From: a bacterium
Lineage (GTDB): Bacteria > Sysuimicrobiota > Sysuimicrobiia > Sysuimicrobiales > Sysuimicrobiaceae
Length of the DNA stretch: 39,604 nucleotides
Direction of reading: 5' to 3'
NCBI GenBank assembly: GCA_046289555.1
Contig: JBKBVM010000001.1
Coordinates: 1-39,604, forward strand
Made by a program: the position numbers and the translations under genes. Numbering within the stretch: position 1 is the first letter of the stretch; each line of letters opens with the position of its first letter. This document shows positions 16,003 to 23,805 of this stretch, piece by piece. The notes under the pieces were generated by a model. It made no database searches, had not been told where the DNA came from, and saw only the letters and a list, made by a program, of their open reading frames with translations.

Positions 16003-17511
16003 ATGCCGATCCTGACCCTTACCCTGTTTTTGCCCCTCGCGGGCGCACTGGTGTTGCTGTTCCTCCCCAAGGAGGACGCTGACCGGATCCGCAGGGTCAC
16101 GCTCGGGTTCACCCTGGCCACCTTCGTGGCCTCCCTGCTGATCCTGCCGCAGTTCGAGTTCGGGCGCCGGGAGATCCAGCTCGTGGAGCAGGCCGCGTGG
16201 ATCCCCGCGGTGGGCATTCAGTACAAGGTCGGAGTGGACGGACTCAGCCTGGTCCTCGCGTTGCTCACGACGCTCCTCACGGTGCTGTCGGTCCTGTACT
16301 CCTTCCGGGAGACCCACCGGGTGAAGGAGTACAACCTCCTGTTCCTGCTCCTCGAGACCGGGATGCTGGGAGTGTTCTTCGCTCTGGACTTCTTCCTCTT
16401 CTACGTGTTCTGGGAGTTGACCCTCGTCCCCATGTACTTCCTCATCGGGATCTGGGGCGGGCCCCGGCGGGAGTACGCCGCCATCAAGTTCTTCCTGTAC
16501 ACCCTGGTGGGATCCCTGGCCATGTTGCTGGGCATCCTGCTCCTGTACTTCCACCTGCCGCCGGGCCAGCGGACGTTTGACGTGCTGGAGATCATCCGGC
16601 AGCGTCCGCTGGCGGGCACGGGCCTGTTGACCCAGCTGGCCTTCTGGGGCTTCTTCCTCTCCTTCGCCATCAAGGTGCCCATGTGGCCCTTCCACACGTG
16701 GTTGCCGGACGCGCACGTGGAGGCCCCCACCGCGGGGAGCGTGATCCTGGCTGCCATCCTGCTGAAGCTCGGCACGTACGGGTTCGTGCGGTTCAGCCTG
16801 CCCCTGTTCCCGGAGGTGTTCCGCCAGCACGCGTTGCTCATCGCCACCCTGGCGGTGATCGGGGTGATCTACGGCGCCCTGGTCGCCATGGCCCAGGCAG
16901 ACCTCAAGAAGCTGGTGGCCTACTCCTCGGTGAACCACATGGGCTACGTGATGCTGGCGGTGGCCGCGGCGGCTTACGCCTACGGCCGGCCGGAGCTGGC
17001 GGACGCGGCGGCCACGGCCCTGAACGGCGCCACCATGGAGATGCTGGCCCACGGGATCATCACGGGGGCCCTGTTCCTGGTGGTGGGCGTGATCTACGAC
17101 GACCGCACCCACACCCGGGGGGTGGACGACTTCGGGGGACTGTGGGCGGTGCTCCCGAAGTACGGGGCCGTGTCCATCACCGCGATGTTCGCCTCCCTGG
17201 GGCTGCCGGGGCTCATGGGCTTCGTGGCGGAGTTCCTCATCTTCGTGGGCTCGTTCAGCATCATCCCGGTGTTCACCGCCCTGGCGGCCCTCGGCGTGGT
17301 GATCACCGCCGCCTTCTTCCTGTGGACGATCCAGCGGATCTTCCTGGGGCCCACCAACCCGCGGTGGGCGAACCTGCCGGACCTGGACCGCCGGGAGGCT
17401 TGGACGCTGTTCCCTCTGGTGGTCCTCATGATCGTGTTCGGGATCTATCCCAAGCCGTTGCTGGACATCATCAACCTCACCAGCAGCCAGCTGGTGGCGA
17501 TGCTGCGATGA
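16003..17511 (+). CDS. nuoM: NADH-quinone oxidoreductase subunit M
   Basis: Listed ORF (502 aa). It carries FYVFWELTLVPMYFLIGIWGG, AIKVPMWPFHTWLPDAHVEAPTAGSVILAAILLKLGTYG and SSVNHMGYV, typical of NuoM/ND4. Confidence 0.93.
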   Translation: MPILTLTLFLPLAGALVLLFLPKEDADRIRRVTLGFTLATFVASLLILPQFEFGRREIQLVEQAAWIPAVGIQYKVGVDGLSLVLALLTTLLTVLSVLYSFRETHRVKEYNLLFLLLETGMLGVFFALDFFLFYVFWELTLVPMYFLIGIWGGPRREYAAIKFFLYTLVGSLAMLLGILLLYFHLPPGQRTFDVLEIIRQRPLAGTGLLTQLAFWGFFLSFAIKVPMWPFHTWLPDAHVEAPTAGSVILAAILLKLGTYGFVRFSLPLFPEVFRQHALLIATLAVIGVIYGALVAMAQADLKKLVAYSSVNHMGYVMLAVAAAAYAYGRPELADAAATALNGATMEMLAHGIITGALFLVVGVIYDDRTHTRGVDDFGGLWAVLPKYGAVSITAMFASLGLPGLMGFVAEFLIFVGSFSIIPVFTALAALGVVITAAFFLWTIQRIFLGPTNPRWANLPDLDRREAWTLFPLVVLMIVFGIYPKPLLDIINLTSSQLVAMLR

Positions 17512-18959
17512 ACTGGGCGGACCTGAGGTGGCTGGTCCCGGAGCTGATCCTGGCTGCCGCGGCCGTGGCCGTGGTGGGGGCGGACCTGCTGGTCCCTGCG
17601 GACCGGAAGCGGTGGCTGGGGGGGGTCGCCCTGGCTTCCCTGGTGGCCGCCGGGGCCGCCTGCGCGGTCCTGCTGACGGACCTGGGCGGCCTGGGGGCTC
17701 CAGGGGTCCGCGTCTTCGCGGACACGTACACGGTGGACGCTTTCGCGGTGTACTTCAAGCTGGTGGCCGTGGCGGCGGTGGCCCTGGTGGCGCTGGTGAG
17801 CTTGGACTACTTCCCCGGCAGGACTCCGCACCTGGGAGAGGTGTTCAGCCTCCTCCTGTTCGCAGGGGTGGGGCTGATGCTGATGGCCAGCGCCTCGGAC
17901 CTGATCCTGCTCCTGCTCAGCATCGAGTTTGTGTCCCTGAGCTCCTACCTCCTGGCCGGGTTCCTCAAGAGGGACCCGAAGAGCAATGAGGCGGGGGTGA
18001 AGTACTTCCTGTACGGTGCGGCTACCACCGGGGTGATGGCCTACGGGTTCTCCCTCCTGTACGGCCTGACGGGCAGCACCATCCTGTACGACATCGCGGC
18101 CCGGCTCGAGCGGGCCGGCCCTGCCGCGTTCCTGGCGGTGGGGATGGCCCTGGCCGGGTTCGGGTTCAAGGTGTCCATGGTCCCCTTCCACCAGTGGACC
18201 CCGGACGTGTACGAGGGCGCGCCCACGCCCATCACCGCCTTCCTGTCCGTGGGGCCCAAGGCGGCCGGTTTCGCAGCCCTGGTGCGCACGCTGAGCGTCG
18301 GGGTTCCCCTGGAACAGGTGAATTGGCCGGTGCTGCTGGCGGCCCTGAGCGCGGTGACCATGACCGTGGGCAACCTGCTGGCGCTGCTGCAGCACAACCT
18401 GAAGCGGATGCTGGCGTACTCCAGCATCGCGCATGCGGGCTACGTCCTGATCGCCTTCGCCGCGTGGAGGTCACCCTGGGCCCTGCAGGGCTTACTGTAC
18501 TACCTGCTGGCGTACCTGTTCATGAATCTGGGAGCGTTCTTCGTGGCCATGGTGGCGGCGGAGGGGACGGGCTCCGACGAGATCCCCGACCATGCGGGGC
18601 TGAGCCAGCGGGCGCCTTGGGTGGCGGCGGCCATGGTGGTCTTCATGTTGTCGCTGACAGGCATCCCGCCCACCGCGGGCTTCTTCGGGAAGTTCTACCT
18701 GTTCGCAGCCGCGGTGGATGCGGGCCTGTTGTGGCTTGCGGCGCTCGCGGTGGCCAACAGCGTAGTGTCCCTGTATTACTACGTGGGCGTGCTGCGGGCC
18801 CTGTACCTCATGCCGCCAGCAGCTCCCGGACCGGTCTCGGTCTCCGCCGGACTGCGGGCGGGTGTGCTGGTGGCCCTGATCGGCACGCTGGCAGCGGGCG
18901 TGTACCCGCAGCCGCTGGTGACGTTCGTGGAGGTGGCCCGGCGGCTGCTGGGGAGCTAG
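17508..18959 (+). CDS. nuoN: NADH-quinone oxidoreductase subunit N
   Basis: This is the C-terminal 483 aa of listed ORF 16683..18959: MNWADLRWLVPELILAAAAV...SIEFVSLSSYLLAGF...GFKVSMVPFHQWTPDVYEGAPTPITAFLSVGPKAAGF...AYSSIAHAGY (NuoN/ND2). The ATG at 17508 overlaps the nuoM stop as ATGA. Confidence 0.93.
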   Translation: MNWADLRWLVPELILAAAAVAVVGADLLVPADRKRWLGGVALASLVAAGAACAVLLTDLGGLGAPGVRVFADTYTVDAFAVYFKLVAVAAVALVALVSLDYFPGRTPHLGEVFSLLLFAGVGLMLMASASDLILLLLSIEFVSLSSYLLAGFLKRDPKSNEAGVKYFLYGAATTGVMAYGFSLLYGLTGSTILYDIAARLERAGPAAFLAVGMALAGFGFKVSMVPFHQWTPDVYEGAPTPITAFLSVGPKAAGFAALVRTLSVGVPLEQVNWPVLLAALSAVTMTVGNLLALLQHNLKRMLAYSSIAHAGYVLIAFAAWRSPWALQGLLYYLLAYLFMNLGAFFVAMVAAEGTGSDEIPDHAGLSQRAPWVAAAMVVFMLSLTGIPPTAGFFGKFYLFAAAVDAGLLWLAALAVANSVVSLYYYVGVLRALYLMPPAAPGPVSVSAGLRAGVLVALIGTLAAGVYPQPLVTFVEVARRLLGS

Positions 18960-19032
18960 GGGGGCTCGCGAACAGCGTACCTGCGGCTGGCGGGCCGGAC
19001 TCCGGAGGGGCGGTGTCGGACTGGCGGAACTG

Positions 19033-19041
19033 TGGTAGGAT
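19033..19041 (+). promoter_or_regulatory. candidate extended -10 promoter element upstream of the A/V-ATPase operon
   Basis: TGgTAGGAT (TGn plus a -10-like hexamer) lies within the only AT-rich island (gtaggataattt) of the 222-bp nuoN-ATPase spacer. I found no convincing -35. Confidence 0.3.
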
Positions 19042-19181
19042 AATTTGGGCGGTATCCCGGCGCCGGGTCGGCGCGGCGGGAGCCGCCGTTTGCGTGCTTG
19101 GGCGGCTCGTCTCACCGCGGTGCGCCTGCGGCTTTCCGCATCCACGAAGCGAGGGGCGCGGGACGAAGGAGGAAGGGCAGC

Positions 19182-19526
19182 ATGGCTGAGGGCCACGACC
19201 GCCAGCGGCCGAACGTTCTGGAGTTGCTTGCGGAGAAGGAGCGGGAGCTGGAGCAGCGTCTCGTGGAGGCCCGCGCGGAGGCGGACCGCTTGGTGAAGGA
19301 GGCCGAAGCAGAGGCCGCGCGCATCCGAGCTCGAGCTCAGGAGGAGGCCGCCCGGCTGGAGCGGGAGGCGCGGGAGCGGGCCGCGGTGGAGGCGCGCGCG
19401 GCGGAGGAGGAGGAGCTCCGGCGGGCGGAGGAGGAGGTGGAGCGGGTCCGCCAGAGCGCGCAGCGGAATCTGGAAGCGGCGGTGCGCCGGGTGGTAGCTG
19501 CCGTCCTGCGGGGCTTGGAGCCATGA
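19182..19526 (+). CDS. A/V-type ATPase small coiled-coil peripheral-stalk subunit (Thermus subunit G / Enterococcus NtpF equivalent)
   Basis: This is the C-terminal 114 aa of listed ORF 19098..19526. ATG 19182 lies 8 nt after GAAGGAGGAAGG. The sequence is an E/A/R-rich continuous helix (LAEKERELEQRLVEARAEADRLVKEAEAEAARIRARAQEEAARLEREARE...). It occupies the first position of the operon, and its stop overlaps the atpI start as ATGA. Confidence 0.75.
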   Translation: MAEGHDRQRPNVLELLAEKERELEQRLVEARAEADRLVKEAEAEAARIRARAQEEAARLEREARERAAVEARAAEEEELRRAEEEVERVRQSAQRNLEAAVRRVVAAVLRGLEP

Positions 19527-21499
19527 TCGTGGAGATGAGCCGCGTCATCCTCCTGGGGCCCAAGTGGCTGCTGGGCGAGGTGACGGACGCCATCCAGCAG
19601 CTGGGACTGATGCACGTGGACCGCGTGGAGGCGGAAGAGGTCCCGCAGCTGCGGCCAGTGGAGCCGGGCAGCCAGGAGGAGGCGTTGCAGCGGCGGCTGG
19701 AGGCCCTGCTGGCACGCTCCAAGGGACTGCTGGAGCTGCTGCCGCGGGTGGGGCCTGTGGAGATTCCGAGCCTTCAGGATCGAAGCCTGGACGAGCTGGA
19801 GGCCCTGCTGGAACCGGTGGAACGGGAGGCCCGGGAGCTGGTGCGCCAGCGCCGGGAGGCGGAGGAGGAGTTGGAGCTGGTCCGGTCATACGAGGGGGCG
19901 GTGCGCGTGCTGTCGCCGCTGCTGGCGGCGTTGCGGGGGAGCCGCCACTTCGAGACGTACGGCTTCGTACTCCGAGGCAAGGCGATGCCCGCGGTGGCCG
20001 CGCTGCAGCGCGAGCTGGACCGGATCACCGGCGGTCGCGTGGAGGTGGTGTCGCGGCAGATCGACGAGAAGACCATCGGCGTGGTGGTGGCCTTCCACCG
20101 CCGGGATGGGGAGGCCGTTCGGTCCTTCCTGCAGCGCGCCGGGATCACGGAGCTCCGGCTGCCCGCCCGCTTCGCGGATCGCCCGGCCGCGGAGGCCGTG
20201 CAGGAGATGGCCCGGATGCGGGAGGAGCTCCCCCGGGTGGTGTCGGACTGCCAGCGGCGCCTGGAGGCCCTCAGCCGGAGAGCCCGGGGGACCGTGCAGG
20301 CCGTGGAAGCGCGGCTGCGGGACGAGCTGGCCAAGCTGGAGGTCCTCCCGAGCTTCGCCCAGTCGCGGTACGCGTTCGTCGTCCACGGCTGGGTGCCCAC
20401 GCGGGAGGTGCCGCGGCTGCGGGCGGCCCTCCGGCAGCGGTTCGGGGACCACGTGGTGGTGGTGGACAGTCCCGTGGACCCGCACGACCACGAGGAGGCC
20501 GCCCACGTCCCCGTAGCCCTCGAAAACGCTCCGCCGGTGCGGCCCTTTCAGCTCCTCCTCTCCATCTTCCGGCCGCCCCGGTACGGCACTTGGGATCCCA
20601 GCCCCCTGCTGGCGGTCACCTTCCCCCTGTTCGTGGGGTTGGTGATCGGTGATGTGGGCTACGGAGCGTTGTTCTTCGCCCTGGGGTGGTGGATGCGGAA
20701 CCGTGCCCGGCAGGGCCAGCCCCTTGAGGTGAACCTGCTGAATCTGCGCCTGGCCCCCGACACCCTGCAGGCGGTGTCGTGGATCGTCCGGGTGATCGCG
20801 TTCTGGGTGATGGTCTTCGGCGCGCTGTACGCGGAGGTGTTTGGGAACCTGCCGGAGCTGTTGTTCCATGTCCACCCCCTCTTCGACCGGGTGCGGGCCC
20901 AGCGGGACCTGTACTTCCAGCTCATCGTGTTGCTCGGGATGGGGATGATCTACGGCGGGCTGCTGGGGCACCTGGCGCAGGCCGTCCGACACCGGAACCT
21001 CCGTGGGATCTTCGAGAGCGCGGTGATGGTGCTGACCCTCACGTGGGTGCTCCTGCTGCTCGGGGGGCTGTCGGGCCTCCTGCCGGCGGGGGTGGTCCCT
21101 GTGAGCTGGTCGTTCCTGTGGGCCGCGGTGGCGGTGTTCGGGCTGGGTCTGGCCTTCCGGGCAGCCAACCCCATGTGGTTCCTGGAGTCCGCCACCGCGT
21201 TCGGCCACGTCCTGAGCCACGCGCGGCTCATGGCCTTCGGGCTCGCCGCGGCGGCCCTCGCGACAGCGGCCAACGAACTGGGGCCCAGCATGGCGGAGAC
21301 CTTCGGCCTGAGTGGCCTGGTGGGGACGGTGGTGGCGTCGCTGATCTCCGCCCTGGCTCAGGTGTTGTTCTTCGTGTTCACCATCGTGGGACACGTGATC
21401 CAGCCGGCGCGTCTGCACTGGGTGGAGTTCTTCACCAAGGTGAAGTACCACGAGGAGACCGGACAACCATACCGACCATTCCAACGGACAGGGAGGTGA
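19523..21499 (+). CDS. atpI: A/V-type ATPase subunit I (a-subunit, stator/proton channel)
   Basis: Listed ORF (658 aa). It has an N-terminal ~330-aa soluble coiled-coil domain (MSRVILLGPK...) followed by about 7-8 TM helices with the conserved ...HVLSHARLMAFGLAAAALA... arginine-containing helix. Its operon position is consistent. Confidence 0.9.
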   Translation: MIVEMSRVILLGPKWLLGEVTDAIQQLGLMHVDRVEAEEVPQLRPVEPGSQEEALQRRLEALLARSKGLLELLPRVGPVEIPSLQDRSLDELEALLEPVEREARELVRQRREAEEELELVRSYEGAVRVLSPLLAALRGSRHFETYGFVLRGKAMPAVAALQRELDRITGGRVEVVSRQIDEKTIGVVVAFHRRDGEAVRSFLQRAGITELRLPARFADRPAAEAVQEMARMREELPRVVSDCQRRLEALSRRARGTVQAVEARLRDELAKLEVLPSFAQSRYAFVVHGWVPTREVPRLRAALRQRFGDHVVVVDSPVDPHDHEEAAHVPVALENAPPVRPFQLLLSIFRPPRYGTWDPSPLLAVTFPLFVGLVIGDVGYGALFFALGWWMRNRARQGQPLEVNLLNLRLAPDTLQAVSWIVRVIAFWVMVFGALYAEVFGNLPELLFHVHPLFDRVRAQRDLYFQLIVLLGMGMIYGGLLGHLAQAVRHRNLRGIFESAVMVLTLTWVLLLLGGLSGLLPAGVVPVSWSFLWAAVAVFGLGLAFRAANPMWFLESATAFGHVLSHARLMAFGLAAAALATAANELGPSMAETFGLSGLVGTVVASLISALAQVLFFVFTIVGHVIQPARLHWVEFFTKVKYHEETGQPYRPFQRTGR

Positions 21500-21507
21500 A
21501 CAACAGG

Positions 21508-21834
21508 ATGCGTAACACCTGGTGGGTCGTGGTGCTGGCGGTGCTGGTGGTGGCCGCGGCGGGGTTGCCCGCGCTGGCGGCGGAGGCTCCGGAGGCGGCC
21601 CCGCGGGCCGGGGATGGCGTGCGGGCCGGGCTGCTGGGAATCGCGGCCGCGCTGTCGGTGGCGTTCGGTGCTCTGGGAACCGCGTGGGCCCAGTCCCGGA
21701 TCGGGGCGGCGGCGGCCGGCGCTATGGCGGAGCGCCCGGAGATCGGAGGCCTCATGCTGGTCTTCCTGGCCCTGCCGGAGACCATGATCATCCTGGGCTT
21801 CCTGGTGGCCTTCTTCCTGATCGGCCGCATCTAG
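21508..21834 (+). CDS. atpK: A/V-type ATPase proteolipid subunit (K / L, c-ring)
   Basis: This is the C-terminal 108 aa of listed ORF 20779..21834: MRNTWWVVVLAVLVVAAAGLPALAAEAPEAAPRAGDGVRAGLLGIAAALSVAFGALGTAWAQSRIGAAAAGAMAERPEIGGLMLVFLALPETMIILGFLVAFFLIGRI. It has a single helical hairpin with the LPET carboxylate and a signal-like N-terminal helix, like my recollection of Thermus subunit L. Confidence 0.88.
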   Translation: MRNTWWVVVLAVLVVAAAGLPALAAEAPEAAPRAGDGVRAGLLGIAAALSVAFGALGTAWAQSRIGAAAAGAMAERPEIGGLMLVFLALPETMIILGFLVAFFLIGRI

Positions 21835-21840
21835 CTCCCC

Positions 21841-22425
21841 ATGGCCTCGGAGTTGATCGACCTGCTCGAGCGTGAGGCGGAGGCGGAGCGACAGCGCCTG
21901 CTGAGCCAGGCGCGAGAGCAGGCGGAGGGGCTGGTCCGACAGGCACAGGCGGAGGCCCAGGCGCTGCTGGAGGCGCAACGCCAGCGGGTGGCTGAGGCTG
22001 TAGAGGCCGCCCGGGTCCGGGCGCGGGGAGTTGCTCAGCTGCGCGCCGCCTCGAAGATCCTGGAGGCGAAGGACCAACAGCTGCAGGAGGTGTTCCGCCG
22101 CGCGGCCGCGGAGCTGGAGCGAATCACCCAGGATCCGGCTCGCTACGGACCGATCCTCCGGGGCCTGCTCCGGGAAGCGGCCGAAGGGTTCAACGGGCCC
22201 GTGGTGGTGGACTGCGCGGAGCGGGACGTGCACGCGGTGGAGACCGCTGCGCGGGAGCTAGGCCTCCACCTCGTGCGGGTGAACGCGGATCCGGCCCTGA
22301 AAGGCGGGGTGCGGGTTTCCAGCGAGGACGGTCGGTTCGTGGTGGAGAACACCCTGGCTTCGCGCCTGCGCCGGGCCCAGCAGCTGTTGCTGTCCGACGT
22401 GGCGGCCGTCCTCTGGGAGGGGTAG
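21841..22425 (+). CDS. atpE: A/V-type ATPase subunit E (peripheral stalk)
   Basis: Listed ORF (194 aa). It has a long N-terminal helix (LLEREAEAERQRLLSQAREQAEGLVRQAQAEAQALLEAQRQ) and a C-terminal globular domain (GGVRVSSEDGRFVVENTLASRL). Its operon position is consistent. Confidence 0.88.
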   Translation: MASELIDLLEREAEAERQRLLSQAREQAEGLVRQAQAEAQALLEAQRQRVAEAVEAARVRARGVAQLRAASKILEAKDQQLQEVFRRAAAELERITQDPARYGPILRGLLREAAEGFNGPVVVDCAERDVHAVETAARELGLHLVRVNADPALKGGVRVSSEDGRFVVENTLASRLRRAQQLLLSDVAAVLWEG

Positions 22426-23454
22426 GTGCCGGCGGACTTCGGGTACATCAACGCCCGCGTGAAGGGGATGCGCTCCCGGCTCCTCCCGCCGGGGAGGCTG
22501 GAGGAGCTCTTGAGCCTCCCGGACCTGGACGCGTTCCTGCAGGCCCTGGTCCACACGCCCTACGGGCCCGAGCTGCAGGAGGCCCTGACCCGGTACCAAG
22601 GGCTGCGGGCGGTGGACGAAGCGCTGGCGCGGGCCTTCCAGAAGGCGGCGCGGCGGGTGCTGTCCTTCGCGGACGGCAAGCCCCGGACCCTGATCCAGGT
22701 GCTGCTGATGCAGTGGGACGTGCATAACCTGCGGGCGGTACTGCGGGCCAAGCACGCGGGATACCCTCCGGAGGCGGTGGAGCCCACTCTGGTCCCCGCA
22801 GCGGAGCTTTCAGACGTCCGGCTGCGGGAGCTGTTGCAGCAGCCGGACGTGCCCGCGGTGGTGGCCACCCTGGCCACGTGGGGCCACCCCCTGGCCGAGG
22901 CCCTGACGGCGGCGTTGGCGGAGTACCAGGCCTCCAAGGACCTCCTGGTCCTGGAGCTGGCCCTAGACCGGGCGTACTACGCCTGGGCCCTGCAGGCCGC
23001 GCGGGGGCGTGGGTACGACGCGTCCCGGGTGGCGGAGCTGGTGCGCACCCACGTCGACTTCACCAACGTGAAGACGGCCTTCAAACTCCAGCAGCTCCCG
23101 GACCTGACCCCGGAGCAGCGAGAGCGCTTCTTCCTGGAAGGCGGCGCGGTGGTCACGCGAGAGGTGTTCCGCAACCTGGCGGACCCCAACACCGCGGCGG
23201 TGGGGATCCGGGAGATCCGAGCCCGGGGCATCCAACCGGAGGGGCGTACCCCGGCGGAGGTGGAGCGGTGGCTGGAGCACGAGGCGACCCGGCGGATGGC
23301 GGACCTGTACCTGGGTGACCCTCTCGGCGTGGACGTGGTGGTCGGCTACCTGACTCTGCTGGCCAACGAGGTGCGGAACCTGCGGCTGATTGCGCGCAGC
23401 AAGGCGGTGGGGATCCCGCGGGACTTGGTCCGCAGGGAGATGGCGCTGGTGTAG
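22426..23454 (+). CDS. atpC: A/V-type ATPase subunit C (d-subunit, rotor socket)
   Basis: Listed ORF (342 aa, GTG immediately after the atpE TAG). FGYINARVKGMRSRLL is the typical N-terminus of V-type subunit C/d. The protein is all-helical, and its operon position is consistent. Confidence 0.88.
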   Translation: MPADFGYINARVKGMRSRLLPPGRLEELLSLPDLDAFLQALVHTPYGPELQEALTRYQGLRAVDEALARAFQKAARRVLSFADGKPRTLIQVLLMQWDVHNLRAVLRAKHAGYPPEAVEPTLVPAAELSDVRLRELLQQPDVPAVVATLATWGHPLAEALTAALAEYQASKDLLVLELALDRAYYAWALQAARGRGYDASRVAELVRTHVDFTNVKTAFKLQQLPDLTPEQRERFFLEGGAVVTREVFRNLADPNTAAVGIREIRARGIQPEGRTPAEVERWLEHEATRRMADLYLGDPLGVDVVVGYLTLLANEVRNLRLIARSKAVGIPRDLVRREMALV

Positions 23455-23457
23455 GCG

Positions 23458-23778
23458 ATGGCGTACCGGGTGGCGGTGATCACGGACGCGGAGACGGCCA
23501 CGGGGTTCCGCCTGGCGGGGGCGGACGTGTTCGAGGCGGAGGAGCCCCGGCATGCGGTGGCGGTGCTCCGAGAACTGGTGCGGGGGGACTACGGGCTGGT
23601 AGCGGTGAACGAGGCCTTGCTGGAAGGGGTGGAGGGGGATGTCGCTCGGGTCCTGCGGGGGCGGGACCTGCCGGTAGTGGTCCCGTTCCCGGCAGCGCGG
23701 GCCCGGCTGGAGTCCGGCGAGGACTACATCGCCCGGCTGGTGAAGGAGCACATCGGGTTCTACGTGAAGCTGCGCTGA
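23458..23778 (+). CDS. atpF: A/V-type ATPase subunit F
   Basis: Listed ORF (106 aa). VAVITDAETATGFRLAGADVF...GLVAVNEALL matches the V-type F subunit fold. Its operon position is consistent. Confidence 0.88.
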   Translation: MAYRVAVITDAETATGFRLAGADVFEAEEPRHAVAVLRELVRGDYGLVAVNEALLEGVEGDVARVLRGRDLPVVVPFPAARARLESGEDYIARLVKEHIGFYVKLR

Positions 23779-23805
23779 AGGAGGTCCAGGAAGGAGGCGG
23801 TGGCC

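Noticed and set aside
13488-16217. A 909-aa minus-strand ORF.
   Set aside because: It lies antisense to nuoK/nuoL/nuoM, has a H/Q/R/P/G-rich composition, and shows neither TM helices nor motifs. It is a shadow ORF.
19098-19181. The listed earlier start (19098) for the first ATPase-operon ORF.
   Set aside because: The 28 extra codons are G/R/A-rich. A strong SD (GAAGGAGGAAGG) sits just upstream of the internal ATG 19182, from which the coiled-coil sequence begins.
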